Assembly (NCBI GenBank): GCA_963676515.1
Contig: OY781061.1
Location: 660,776-724,775 of the forward strand
Source: Candidatus Cloacimonadota bacterium
GTDB taxonomy: Bacteria > Cloacimonadota > Cloacimonadia > G963667145
Length of the DNA: 64,000 nt
Direction of reading: 5' to 3'
Positions 8,204 through 18,120 of the stretch are shown here, piece by piece. The notes under the pieces were generated by a model, which ran no database searches, was not told the DNA's origin, and saw nothing but the letters and a program-made list of their open reading frames with translations. Numbering within the stretch: the stretch's first letter is position 1; every line of letters starts with the position of its first letter. The translations under genes were made by a program, and so were the position numbers.

Positions 8204-9334
8204 TTATTTACTCCAAACAACTCGGTTAATATAATCAGTATAAGACAAAATAATCCTCACAACTTTGTCTGAAACATTTGGCATAGAGTAATCGTAAACA
8301 GGACGAAGAGTTCTCTTTTCTCCTCTTTTTTGTTTGTCTATAACTTTCAAGGCTTGCATAATTCGCTCTGGATTCAGCCCAATCATCATAACTGAAGCCT
8401 CTTCCATCGCTTCTGGGCGCTCATGAGCTTCCCTAATATTTAATGCTGGGAAATTCATGATAGATGACTCTTCTGAAATAGTGCCACTATCGGACAAAAC
8501 AACTTTTGCGTATTTCTGCAAGTGGTTATAGTCATGAAAACCGAGTGGTTTCATTAATTGAACCAAAGAATTAAATTGAACACCTGTTACTTTAATTTTA
8601 TTTCTAGTACGAGGATGCGTCGAGACAATGATTGGAAGATTATAAATTTCAGCAATCTTATTTAAAGACTCCACAAGTTTTATAAAATTATCTGAATTAA
8701 TGTTTTCCTCTCTATGAGCCGAAACTAAAAAATATTCCCCTTTTTGTAAATTAAGTTTAGCCAAGACATCAGAAGCATCTATTTTGTCCATATAAGCATG
8801 CACAACCTCATAAATGGGAGAACCCGTTTTGATAATTCTATCGGCAGACAAACCTTCTCTCAACAGATATTCTCTAGCTATATCAGAATAAGTAAGATTA
8901 ATATCACTTATATGATCAACTATTTTTCTATTTGTTTCTTCGGGAACTCTTTGATCAAAACAACGATTTCCTGCTTCCATATGGAATATAGGAATTTCCC
9001 GTTTCTTTGCAGCAATAGCACATAAACAAGAGTTGGTATCTCCTAATACAAGAAAAGCGTCAGGATTAACCTCTTCTAAAACAGGATCAATCTTTATTAA
9101 TATTTGTCCAGCTGTAGTTGTAGCATTTCCACCAGCAGCATTTAAGAAAAAATCTGGCTTTCTAAGACCTAAATCTTTAAAAAACACCTCATTCAATTCA
9201 TAATCGTAATTCTGTCCAGTATGAACAAGTATATGCTCAATACTTTCTGTTTTATCTAATTTCAAAAGCACTCTAGACAATCTAATTATCTCTGGACGAG
9301 TACCTACAACTGTTAAAACTTTTAATTTCTTCAT
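8204..9334 (-). CDS. fnlC: UDP-N-acetylglucosamine 2-epimerase, non-hydrolysing (FnlC/CapG/WecB family).
   Basis: 376 aa. MKKLKVLTVVGTRPEIIRLS N-terminus and HTGQNYD motif. Lies immediately downstream of fnlA/fnlB. Confidence 0.8.
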   Translation of the reverse strand: MKKLKVLTVVGTRPEIIRLSRVLLKLDKTESIEHILVHTGQNYDYELNEVFFKDLGLRKPDFFLNAAGGNATTTAGQILIKIDPVLEEVNPDAFLVLGDTNSCLCAIAAKKREIPIFHMEAGNRCFDQRVPEETNRKIVDHISDINLTYSDIAREYLLREGLSADRIIKTGSPIYEVVHAYMDKIDASDVLAKLNLQKGEYFLVSAHREENINSDNFIKLVESLNKIAEIYNLPIIVSTHPRTRNKIKVTGVQFNSLVQLMKPLGFHDYNHLQKYAKVVLSDSGTISEESSIMNFPALNIREAHERPEAMEEASVMMIGLNPERIMQALKVIDKQKRGEKRTLRPVYDYSMPNVSDKVVRIILSYTDYINRVVWSK

Positions 9335-9343
9335 TTTGTTAAT

Positions 9344-10480
9344 TTAAACCTTTTCAAAATAAGTATCGCCATCCTCTGCATTATACCATTCATTTATCCA
9401 AAACTGAGTATATAGAACATCTTCCCCTACATTAGTAATATTATGAGTGTACCATATTGGCATATCTACATAGGACGGATTCGCTCCATCTAATTCAAAA
9501 TTCAGCACTTCATCTGTGCCTATTTTTCTAAGTTGAATTCTAGCTTTCCCCTTTATAACAGTAAATCTTTCAATTTTTCTAATATGATAATGATTGCCTC
9601 TTGTAATTCCAGGTACAGTTGTTGAAAAAGAGACCTGACCTCCTACACCTAATTTAATAGTCTCGATAAAAGCTCCTCTTTCATCTGTATGTTGAAGAAG
9701 TTTTACTGGGAAATGCTTTGCATTATCTATATAAGAACGAAATGTATTAAAAAGATTTATCTCATTCATATCTTTAAGTGGAGGGATTATACCTTTTTCA
9801 AAATACAACTCTTTGCATAATTCAAAAAATGATAAAATCTCACTTACTTTTTTCTCAAAATCATAGGAAACTTCTTCCCTTTCGATGCTACTATCAGCAT
9901 CTTTAGCAATTACATCAAAAATAAATTTAACCAACGAACCCACATAAATCAAATTAACAAGACCATCAACCTGAATCTGAGGATTTTCCTCATGTGTTAA
10001 CTGATGACAAAATGTAGATATAAAAGAGTTATAATAAGGTCTACCAAAAGGGCCATAAACATTTGGAATTACTAGACCCGAAAATCTTGCTCCTACCTTA
10101 GTAGCCCAATCTTCAAATAGTTTTCTCCCTTCAAGCTTAGATTTACCATAAACACTATCTTTGCTCTCTTGAATAGAAGAAGAAAACAAAATGTGTGGTG
10201 TGGCTTTCTCGGATTCCAGAGTAGCAATTAATTTATTTGTAAGTCCTATATTTGTATCATAAATAACCTGAGGATCTTCATGACGATTCATGGCTGCCAA
10301 ATGAACAATAACATCACATGAACGAACAAATTCGCGTAATTTATTATCATCATCAAAATAATCATCGGCAAAAGGAACCAGATCTACTCCTTCTTGCAAA
10401 GCAAGATAATTATAGAGATGAGTTCCCACAAAACCCGCCTGACCTGTAATACCTATTTTTTTTGAAACTGAATTACCCAT
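9344..10480 (-). CDS. fnlB: FnlB/CapF-like bifunctional reductase/epimerase of the UDP-L-FucNAc pathway (SDR domain + C-terminal cupin).
   Basis: 378 aa. N-terminal GxxGxxG. The C-terminal ~110 aa are cupin-like. Overlaps fnlA by 8 nt. Confidence 0.7.
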   Translation of the reverse strand: MGNSVSKKIGITGQAGFVGTHLYNYLALQEGVDLVPFADDYFDDDNKLREFVRSCDVIVHLAAMNRHEDPQVIYDTNIGLTNKLIATLESEKATPHILFSSSIQESKDSVYGKSKLEGRKLFEDWATKVGARFSGLVIPNVYGPFGRPYYNSFISTFCHQLTHEENPQIQVDGLVNLIYVGSLVKFIFDVIAKDADSSIEREEVSYDFEKKVSEILSFFELCKELYFEKGIIPPLKDMNEINLFNTFRSYIDNAKHFPVKLLQHTDERGAFIETIKLGVGGQVSFSTTVPGITRGNHYHIRKIERFTVIKGKARIQLRKIGTDEVLNFELDGANPSYVDMPIWYTHNITNVGEDVLYTQFWINEWYNAEDGDTYFEKV

Positions 10481-11495
10481 TCTTTATATCCGCTCTAATC
10501 ATTGATAATTTAAGCAATAATTTTTTAGTACCATCTAAATCTAATCTATTAGTATTGTGAGAATGATAATCTTCGATTTTCGAAATATCTTCTTTTCCTT
10601 CAGAAAAATACTTTTCGTAATTCAAATCTCTATTGTCAGCAGGGACTCTGTAATAATCGCCCATATCAATAGCTTTTGCCATCTCTTCTCTGTTTACCAG
10701 AGTTTCATATAGCTTTTCTCCATGCCTTGTTCCAATTACTCTTATGCCCGAATCTGATTTATACAACTCCTTAAGTGCCTGAGCCAAATGTCCAATAGTA
10801 GAAGCTGGTGCTTTTTGAACAAAAATATCCCCATTGCTTCCATGCTCAAAAGCGTATAAAACCAAATCTACGGCATCCTCAAGAGTCATCATAAAACGAG
10901 TCATATTTGGGTCGGTAACAGTTAAGTCTTTGCCTTCTTTCATTAGACCAGCAAAAAGTGGGATTACAGAGCCCCTAGATGCCATGACATTCCCATACCT
11001 TGTTCCACAAAATACAGTATCAATAGATTCTGGAATATTTCTTGATTTTGCGATCATTACTTTTTCCATCATTGCTTTAGAAATTCCCATAGCATTAATC
11101 GGATAACAAGCTTTATCTGTACTGAGCACAACAACTCGTTTAACTCCATTCTCCAAAGCAGAATCTAGTACATTTTCAGTTCCTAAAACATTTGTTTTAA
11201 CCGCTTCCACAGGAAAAAATTCACAAGAAGGTACTTGTTTAAGAGCTGCAGCATGAAAAATATAATCAACACCCCTCATTACAGTATCGACAGAACGCTT
11301 ATCTCTAACATTCCCGATATAAAATTTCACTTTAGGATTGTTTAATTTATGACGCATATCATCTTGCTTTTTCTCATCACGAGAAAAAATGCGAATTTCT
11401 TTTATTTCTGTATCTAAAAATCTTTTCAATACAGCATTACCGAAGGAACCTGTTCCGCCAGTAATTAATAGAATTTTATTTTTGAATAGACTCAT
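10473..11495 (-). CDS. fnlA: UDP-N-acetylglucosamine 4,6-dehydratase/5-epimerase (FnlA/CapE/WbjB).
   Basis: 340 aa. MSLFKNKILLITGGTGSFGNAVLKRFL...IRIFSRDEKKQDD...AALKQVPSCEF...STDKACYPINAMGISKAMMEK is near-identical in pattern to CapE/FnlA enzymes. Confidence 0.85.
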   Translation of the reverse strand: MSLFKNKILLITGGTGSFGNAVLKRFLDTEIKEIRIFSRDEKKQDDMRHKLNNPKVKFYIGNVRDKRSVDTVMRGVDYIFHAAALKQVPSCEFFPVEAVKTNVLGTENVLDSALENGVKRVVVLSTDKACYPINAMGISKAMMEKVMIAKSRNIPESIDTVFCGTRYGNVMASRGSVIPLFAGLMKEGKDLTVTDPNMTRFMMTLEDAVDLVLYAFEHGSNGDIFVQKAPASTIGHLAQALKELYKSDSGIRVIGTRHGEKLYETLVNREEMAKAIDMGDYYRVPADNRDLNYEKYFSEGKEDISKIEDYHSHNTNRLDLDGTKKLLLKLSMIRADIKNG

Positions 11496-11530
11496 TTTAA
11501 TATTATTATTCCCTTATATTTTTATAAAAA

Positions 11531-12580
11531 TTAATCAAAAATTGAAGATAGTGGTAATATCCTAGTAGGCAAGCCTTCTATTGGAGTATTAATTAAACTA
11601 AATACAAAGATTGAAAAAAACACTACTACTACTAATGAATTTATTAATAGACCACGATTATCCCCTTTAATTCTGTATATCTTAGCCAAAAAAGTAAATT
11701 CTATCATTAAAAAAATAAGAAAGAAAAGACTCAACCTTTGAAAAATAAGGTTAGCTCTCGAAATATTATAGAAAAACAAAGATAAAAAACCTAAATTAAA
11801 GACAGCATTTCCATATTTTAATTTTAATATTTCTTTTCTTTTTAATAAACAAAATAGCCAAAGAATATTATAAATTAAAATTAAATATGAAAAACTTGCT
11901 TTTTCATAACTAATTAAATAACCTATATATTTCAAAGGTAAAATTTTGCTGATTATTATAACAATATAACTATTTATAAAGTCATAACATAATGAAAGCA
12001 AATATAAAAGAATGAAAAAGAATGTCGAAATCTGTATTTTGGCATAAAAATAGACCGGAATCAAGATAAAAGATGAAAAGTGGGACGTCATTGCTAGCAA
12101 TATAGATAAAAGATACTTTTTCTTTTGGCTGTTTACAATATATCTAAAGGCAAAAAAGAAAATTGATGACGCAAACATTTGGCGTACAACATTAAAGCTT
12201 TGACCATATAAACTAGAATTAAACAAGTATAACAATATAATAACAAAAGAAGACATAAAAAAATATGAAGATCGAATAAATAAAAAATGTGTTACTGTTG
12301 CAAAAAAAACAAAAAATAATACATAGCTAAAAACCGTGTTTTTAATTATGATGGACAAAATGGCACGCATGGGTTCTAAAAAACTCAAAACTAGGTTATA
12401 ATCTATACTTCTCACATAGTTATGATAATCTTGTCCTAATGCATCTCTAAAACCAGTAAAATATATTGCAGAAAGAATTAATAAAGTAACACCTAACTTT
12501 CTTACAAGTTTATTAGAAGAATAAACTGATAAAAATGCAAAAAAAACATAAGTTAATATAAAAACTATCCAAATTAACAT
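11531..12580 (-). CDS. Integral membrane protein, probably an O-antigen/EPS polymerase (Wzy/EpsG-like).
   Basis: 349 aa, about 10 predicted TM segments, very hydrophobic. Lies inside the polysaccharide operon. No conserved catalytic motif recognised. Confidence 0.45.
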   Translation of the reverse strand: MLIWIVFILTYVFFAFLSVYSSNKLVRKLGVTLLILSAIYFTGFRDALGQDYHNYVRSIDYNLVLSFLEPMRAILSIIIKNTVFSYVLFFVFFATVTHFLFIRSSYFFMSSFVIILLYLFNSSLYGQSFNVVRQMFASSIFFFAFRYIVNSQKKKYLLSILLAMTSHFSSFILIPVYFYAKIQISTFFFILLYLLSLCYDFINSYIVIIISKILPLKYIGYLISYEKASFSYLILIYNILWLFCLLKRKEILKLKYGNAVFNLGFLSLFFYNISRANLIFQRLSLFFLIFLMIEFTFLAKIYRIKGDNRGLLINSLVVVVFFSIFVFSLINTPIEGLPTRILPLSSIFD

Positions 12581-12587
12581 ATCTACT

Positions 12588-13640
12588 TCAAATTTTAATC
12601 AATTTTAAATATTCATTCCACTCACCTATATCCGTCCAAGAATTCTCAGCTACAGGAAATACCCCTACACGTCCTCCTCTCTTCATCACTTTATCTATCA
12701 AATGTGTTATATGAAACATCTTGTTTATTGGAATTTCATCTATTAGATGTGGCTCTAATATATAAATTCCTGTATTAATCTGATAAATATATTCTGGCTT
12801 TTCCTCCATATTTTGCAACAATCCATGATTACTCGTATTGACTATCCCATAAGGAATTTTGTAGTTTTTTAGAGCCGATATAATCGTTATTTCATTATTA
12901 TTCGTCTTATGATATTTATAAACTTCTCTATAATCTTGTTCCACAAGAATGTCACAATTAGAAACAAAGAAAGTTGACTTGATTTTATTTTTTAATAGCG
13001 AAACACTCCCTATTGTACCTAATGGCTTATCCTCCTTAAAATAAGAAATATTGTAATTAAAATCATTCAAGTAGTATTCAAGTATTTCAGACTTGTAATT
13101 TACTGACAAATGAAAGTCAGAACAACCGATAGACTCAAACTTATCTAATATTGTTTCAATGATAGTTTTCTTACCAATAGGGATTAATGGTTTTGGAATA
13201 ACATTTGTTAGTGGCTTTAATCTTGTACCTTGCCCACCAGCCATAATGACCACAGGGATGTTTAATGGTTCATGTATTTCACCTCTCTTTTCTTCAAAAA
13301 GGTCTTTCCAATAAAGAATATTTACAAGTTCTTTATTTTGATTAATAATTGGCATTAATTCAAAACGTTGTTCTAACATTTTATTCTTAATAACGCTTAA
13401 ATCTTCACCCTCATTGGCTATTGTGATATCAGAACGCAATGTGTCTAAAATAGACGAATCTAAAGGCTTTTTATTAATTATTGCTCTTTGCACATCACCA
13501 ATACTTACAATATTGATAAACTTAATTCCATCCACAATAATGAGAACCTTACAGTCCTTATTATCCATAATTTTCAATACAGACAAAATTGTTTCGTTTT
13601 TAGATATAACAGGAGCTGTATTATAATTTATCATTTTCAT
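12588..13640 (-). CDS. Sugar-phosphate nucleotidyltransferase with an N-terminal tandem CBS domain.
   Basis: 350 aa. The N-terminal ~115 aa are CBS-like. Followed by VVIMAGGQGTRLKPLTNVIPKPLIPIG (NTP-transferase G-x-G-T-R-L motif). Confidence 0.7.
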   Translation of the reverse strand: MKMINYNTAPVISKNETILSVLKIMDNKDCKVLIIVDGIKFINIVSIGDVQRAIINKKPLDSSILDTLRSDITIANEGEDLSVIKNKMLEQRFELMPIINQNKELVNILYWKDLFEEKRGEIHEPLNIPVVIMAGGQGTRLKPLTNVIPKPLIPIGKKTIIETILDKFESIGCSDFHLSVNYKSEILEYYLNDFNYNISYFKEDKPLGTIGSVSLLKNKIKSTFFVSNCDILVEQDYREVYKYHKTNNNEITIISALKNYKIPYGIVNTSNHGLLQNMEEKPEYIYQINTGIYILEPHLIDEIPINKMFHITHLIDKVMKRGGRVGVFPVAENSWTDIGEWNEYLKLIKI

Positions 13641-14844
13641 ATTTTTTTAAAACCCTAGAGTAAATTTCAATTAAATTGTCATATATCTTTTGATTACTAA
13701 ATTTTGTATTAATTAAATCAAAAGCATTATTTTTTAATCGATTTTGTATGTCGTTACTTTTGAGAACTTGGAAAATTGAATTCGCAAGCTGATTAACATC
13801 TCCTTTTTCAACTAATTTAACACATTCATGTTCATTATTTAATTCAGGAATACCGCCAACATTATTAGCAATAATTGGGACACCTAATTTCATTGTTTCT
13901 CTTAAACTCCCAGGCATACTATCGAAGTGTGTTGGTAAAACAAAAACTTTAGCACTTGCCACAATTTTATGTGCTTCAGTTTGTGTTTTTTGAAATCCTG
14001 CAAAAGTTACATTATCAGTAATTTTTAATTCCTCACACTTATTTATTAAAAATTCTAAATAAGAGGGATTGGATCCACCAACAATAATTAAAGAAATATT
14101 ATTCAATTTACTTTTCAATATCCCGACGGCATCCAAAAGATCTTCTATACCTTTTTCATAGGTAACTCGTGCAAAAAAAACCAAGTCTTTTTTTTTCTCA
14201 ATCTCATAAAAATCAAAATTTACATCTTCATATGTGGGTATTTGAAAATCATACAATACTGCTTCAGGGTTAAATCTAGACCTCAAAACATTAATTGTAT
14301 CTTCAATACCATCAGCATAGTTTGTACAATACGAATTAATTGATTTTTCATACTTTACACGCTCTTTATGTACTATTTTACTAAGTATATTCCCTTTAGG
14401 AGTCGCAGATGAAATAAAACCTTGGATAGTTATAAGAGATCTATATGTATCTTTCAATTCATTAAATGCAACTGAATACGATGTGTTTTCTGACCCAAAT
14501 AAATGAATTAAAGATGGCTGAATCTTTTCGACTATTTTTTTAACATTGTTTTTCTGATAAGAATAATTAGTTAACAACATTGTTAACTGGTTCTTTATGT
14601 GCCCTGCATCTAATAAGGTATATTTATAAAAAAAATAATTTATCCCTTTTAGAGAAAAGTTAACATTCTTGTTATTATAATAGTTTGGAGAAATTATATA
14701 AACATCAATTTCTTCTTTATTTTCAAATAACTTTATCATATCTGTCATCCAAGGTGCCATACTAGAAGCTTCTCTTCCTCCAATTATATCCCCTATCTCT
14801 GAATTAACAAAATGACAAAGCCAAACAACTTTTATTTTATGCAT
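13621..14844 (-). CDS. Glycosyltransferase, GT4 family.
   Basis: 407 aa. FVLPTHFDSMPGSLRETMKLGVPIIANNVGGIPEL (E-x7-E). Contains A9 and T8 homopolymer runs at 14173-14196. Confidence 0.7.
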   Translation of the reverse strand: MHKIKVVWLCHFVNSEIGDIIGGREASSMAPWMTDMIKLFENKEEIDVYIISPNYYNNKNVNFSLKGINYFFYKYTLLDAGHIKNQLTMLLTNYSYQKNNVKKIVEKIQPSLIHLFGSENTSYSVAFNELKDTYRSLITIQGFISSATPKGNILSKIVHKERVKYEKSINSYCTNYADGIEDTINVLRSRFNPEAVLYDFQIPTYEDVNFDFYEIEKKKDLVFFARVTYEKGIEDLLDAVGILKSKLNNISLIIVGGSNPSYLEFLINKCEELKITDNVTFAGFQKTQTEAHKIVASAKVFVLPTHFDSMPGSLRETMKLGVPIIANNVGGIPELNNEHECVKLVEKGDVNQLANSIFQVLKSNDIQNRLKNNAFDLINTKFSNQKIYDNLIEIYSRVLKKYENDKL

Positions 14845-16042
14845 TATTTAAAATCTTATAATTAAAATAGGTTACTTTATCACTAACAATTTTACCTACA
14901 TTATCTAATATTTTTATATAATCTGATATATTTTCAGCTTGAATGATTACAAAGCCATACCTATCCAAACTTGATTTTATTATAGGTATTTGATCTCCAA
15001 CATTTAAAGAAAAATTAAAATATTTCACTCCCTTAATTTTTGTAATAGCAGACAAATCTCCAATATTTTGAATTAACCCTGGGTTTAATACAAAATATTC
15101 TATACCTGAAACATTCTTTTCAGGTAATAAAATCTTCTCTTTAAAATCTCCCAAACAAATCTGCATTAGAGACTCTTCAACATCTACACCCGTTGATAAT
15201 TGTGTTAGTTTTGATGTAATGTAATCTCCCCCTAAACGAGGACTTGTCTCTATAACAGTTATGCCTTTATGGGATATTTTCAATTCCGTGTGGGATGCAC
15301 AATAACGAAAGTCAAAAGCCTTAGCTATTTTCCTAATAATTTCATAAATCTCTTGCTTAATGCTATATTCAATATTTGCTGGTTGAATATGCCCCAATTC
15401 GACATTATAAGGGAACAATGTAGTCTTTTTTTCTGTAATTTGAATAATATGAGTTCTACTCTCTGTGTGCAAAGCCTCAATACTGTATTCTTTACCTTCA
15501 ATGTATTCCTCAACTAAAATAGATGATTTTTTAGTGTATCTTATAGTCTCTTTAAAAAAATCGTTAAGCTGATTTTTACTTTCACATAAAACAACTCCTC
15601 TACTTCCAGAATTATCTCTTGGTTTAAGAATTATTGGATAATCAATACAGACCTGATCAGGCGAATTAATATCAAATCCTATAGCATGTGGAATCTTATT
15701 TTCAGAAAACCGCTGCTTCATCAAAAATTTGTCGGTGCATAAAATAGCAGTTTCCTCACTGAATAAACACAAATTAAATTCTTGGGCGATTTTTGCCATT
15801 ACAACAAGTGGTTTGTCTGTAGCTGCCGTAACAAAAGCTGACACATTATACTTAATTACCAGATCTCGAGCAACTTCATATTCATTATTTGAAAATGAAA
15901 CAAACAAACTTGCAAATTTACTACAAAATGCATTAGGATTAGGATCGATTACGATCGTAAACAATCCCATGGAATTACAAACATTAATAATTGATTCCTG
16001 TAAAACTCCACCTCCAAAAATAAGTACTGATTTTTGCTTCAT
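14837..16042 (-). CDS. ATP-grasp domain protein (carboxylate-amine ligase type).
   Basis: 401 aa. ILKPRDNSGSRGV plus an ATP-grasp-like central domain. 8-nt overlap with the upstream gene. Confidence 0.65.
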   Translation of the reverse strand: MKQKSVLIFGGGVLQESIINVCNSMGLFTIVIDPNPNAFCSKFASLFVSFSNNEYEVARDLVIKYNVSAFVTAATDKPLVVMAKIAQEFNLCLFSEETAILCTDKFLMKQRFSENKIPHAIGFDINSPDQVCIDYPIILKPRDNSGSRGVVLCESKNQLNDFFKETIRYTKKSSILVEEYIEGKEYSIEALHTESRTHIIQITEKKTTLFPYNVELGHIQPANIEYSIKQEIYEIIRKIAKAFDFRYCASHTELKISHKGITVIETSPRLGGDYITSKLTQLSTGVDVEESLMQICLGDFKEKILLPEKNVSGIEYFVLNPGLIQNIGDLSAITKIKGVKYFNFSLNVGDQIPIIKSSLDRYGFVIIQAENISDYIKILDNVGKIVSDKVTYFNYKILNNA

Positions 16043-16045
16043 AAT

Positions 16046-17179
16046 TTATTCTGACAAAATTTCATTTAAGGTATTTGCAATAAATTCGATGTCTTCATTT
16101 TTTAGTGCAGCAAACATGGGTAATGTGATTTCATTATCAGCAATATACTCAGTAATGGGAAGGTCAACATCTAAATCTTTATACATCGAAAATTTATGAA
16201 CTGCAGGATAATGTACACTTGTTTGAATACCAGCTTTGTGCAATTCATTTCTCACTGCATCCCTTTTTCCCGCGGTAGAATCTTTAAGGACAATAGGCAT
16301 AATATAATTTGACACAAATTCTGTATTAGCCTCAAAAGGAATATAAATACCTTTAATGTTGGATAAACAGTCAACATATTTAGCTCGAACCGACAATCTT
16401 TTTTCCAAATCGGATTGTAATTTATTCATCTGTACAACCCCTATAGAAGCTCTAATATCATCCATCCTATAATTATACCCAAGTTCAACAACATCATATA
16501 CAGTTGCATGCCCCTCAGCTCTCTGATAAGACATCGTCGTCATCCCATGTGACCTTAATAATTTTATTTTATTAGCAATTTTTTCATCAGAAGTAATTAC
16601 CATTCCTCCTTCACCGGTACTGATATTTTTATTCGAGAAAAAACTAAAACATCCAACATCTCCGATGGCACCTAATTTCTCACCTTTATACTCAGACAAA
16701 GGACCATGACAGGAGTCTTCTATTATTTTAAGATTGTATTTTAATGCTAAACTCTTGATAGCATCCATATTACAAGGGAAACCAGCAAAATGTACAACTA
16801 AAATAGCCTTTGTCTTTTTAGTTATTAATGTTTCAATTTTATCGGGATCAATATTAAAATTATCATATCCAACGACATCACAAAAAATAGGGTTGGCGCC
16901 AACATATTTAATAGCATTGGCAGATGCAACAAAAGTTAAAGATGGACAAATTACTTCATCATCGACACCAATATTCATAGCCATTAAGGCCAAATGCAAA
17001 GCTGAGGTACAACTAGAAACACTTATCGCATATCTTGCTCTAAAGTTATCAATAAATATCTGTTCCAACTCTCCACATTTAGGTCCAGTTGAAATCCAAT
17101 TAGATGTAATTGTCTCAGCAACAGCATTTATTTCTTTTTGATCAAAATTAAGATCAAATAAAGGTATTTTATAACTCAT
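16046..17179 (-). CDS. DegT/DnrJ/EryC1/StrS family PLP-dependent sugar aminotransferase.
   Basis: 377 aa. FSFFSNKNISTGEGGMVITSD contains the PLP-lysine region typical of the family. Confidence 0.8.
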   Translation of the reverse strand: MSYKIPLFDLNFDQKEINAVAETITSNWISTGPKCGELEQIFIDNFRARYAISVSSCTSALHLALMAMNIGVDDEVICPSLTFVASANAIKYVGANPIFCDVVGYDNFNIDPDKIETLITKKTKAILVVHFAGFPCNMDAIKSLALKYNLKIIEDSCHGPLSEYKGEKLGAIGDVGCFSFFSNKNISTGEGGMVITSDEKIANKIKLLRSHGMTTMSYQRAEGHATVYDVVELGYNYRMDDIRASIGVVQMNKLQSDLEKRLSVRAKYVDCLSNIKGIYIPFEANTEFVSNYIMPIVLKDSTAGKRDAVRNELHKAGIQTSVHYPAVHKFSMYKDLDVDLPITEYIADNEITLPMFAALKNEDIEFIANTLNEILSE

Positions 17180-18120
17180 AATAATTCCCCTTTAAAACTT
17201 ATTCCCAATAACAGCATTAATCTCTTAATCACAATTTTAATTTTTTCTTTAAGATTTTCTTTAGGATATGATTTTTCTTTTGCTGTAAATATACTTTTAT
17301 CATCAAATAAAGCGTTACCACTATAACTAAAATCAAGATTAACATCTATATTTTGTTTTAAAAACACATCTTCCTTCATTCCATTACAATGGATACCTGA
17401 TCCATCATGGCCATGATTTCTAACTTTAGATATAGTAGGATATAAACAATAAGTATTATCTTTTACCATATCTATTGCAATTGCACCATCACCTACCATA
17501 TCTTTATTTCTTATTATATATGAAAGAATGCCACTATAGAATCTAGGATAATATAATTTGATTTGTTTTAATAATGATTTGTTTTTCACAACCTCTTTTA
17601 ATTGATTTGGCTTATATATAAAAGTCTTAGCTCGATCTCTCCACATTCCATATCCCCATGCTGAAAATCCTTTTAGATAATAATAATTACAAGAATAATC
17701 TAGAGGAACTTTAAATAGGTAACAATGACCACAAATTCCAACAATACGTTTATCATTCTCAAACTTCTCTAATCCCTTGTTGATATATTCCAAAAAATTA
17801 GGGGAAAATTCATTATCGTCTTCTGAAACTATAATTCTATCATATTTCTCAAAAAGAGCTTTTTTCCCTTCTCTACTATTTAATATCGCTCCAAAATTCT
17901 TTTCCCTTTTAATAATGATAACAGATTCAAAACCCTCAATATTATCAACATATTTAAGAATTTTATTATAACCGTCCCAATGTGAATCTTTCAATGGGTA
18001 GTCTAAAGCAATATATAGTTCAGAATCTTTAGCATAACTATTTTTCGCTAAAGACTCAACACATTTTTTAAAGTGTTCATACCTACATAAAGTCAGTATA
18101 AAAATTGGTGCATACCTCAT
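17176..18120 (-). CDS. Hypothetical protein, possibly a GT-A-fold glycosyltransferase.
   Basis: 314 aa. The N-terminus (IFILTLCRYEHFKKCVESLAKN) resembles GT2 openings. A possible DxD motif (VSEDDNEF). Weak assignment. Confidence 0.35.
   Translation of the reverse strand: MRYAPIFILTLCRYEHFKKCVESLAKNSYAKDSELYIALDYPLKDSHWDGYNKILKYVDNIEGFESVIIIKREKNFGAILNSREGKKALFEKYDRIIVSEDDNEFSPNFLEYINKGLEKFENDKRIVGICGHCYLFKVPLDYSCNYYYLKGFSAWGYGMWRDRAKTFIYKPNQLKEVVKNKSLLKQIKLYYPRFYSGILSYIIRNKDMVGDGAIAIDMVKDNTYCLYPTISKVRNHGHDGSGIHCNGMKEDVFLKQNIDVNLDFSYSGNALFDDKSIFTAKEKSYPKENLKEKIKIVIKRLMLLLGISFKGELL

Noticed and set aside
14173-14196. A8 and T9 homopolymer runs inside the GT4 glycosyltransferase gene (13621-14844), and A8 at 4693-4700, as phase-variation tracts.
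   Set aside because: Poly-A/T runs of 8-9 are common by chance in ~30% GC coding DNA that is Lys/Phe-rich. Noted but not called, unlike the G9 tract at 5520-5528.
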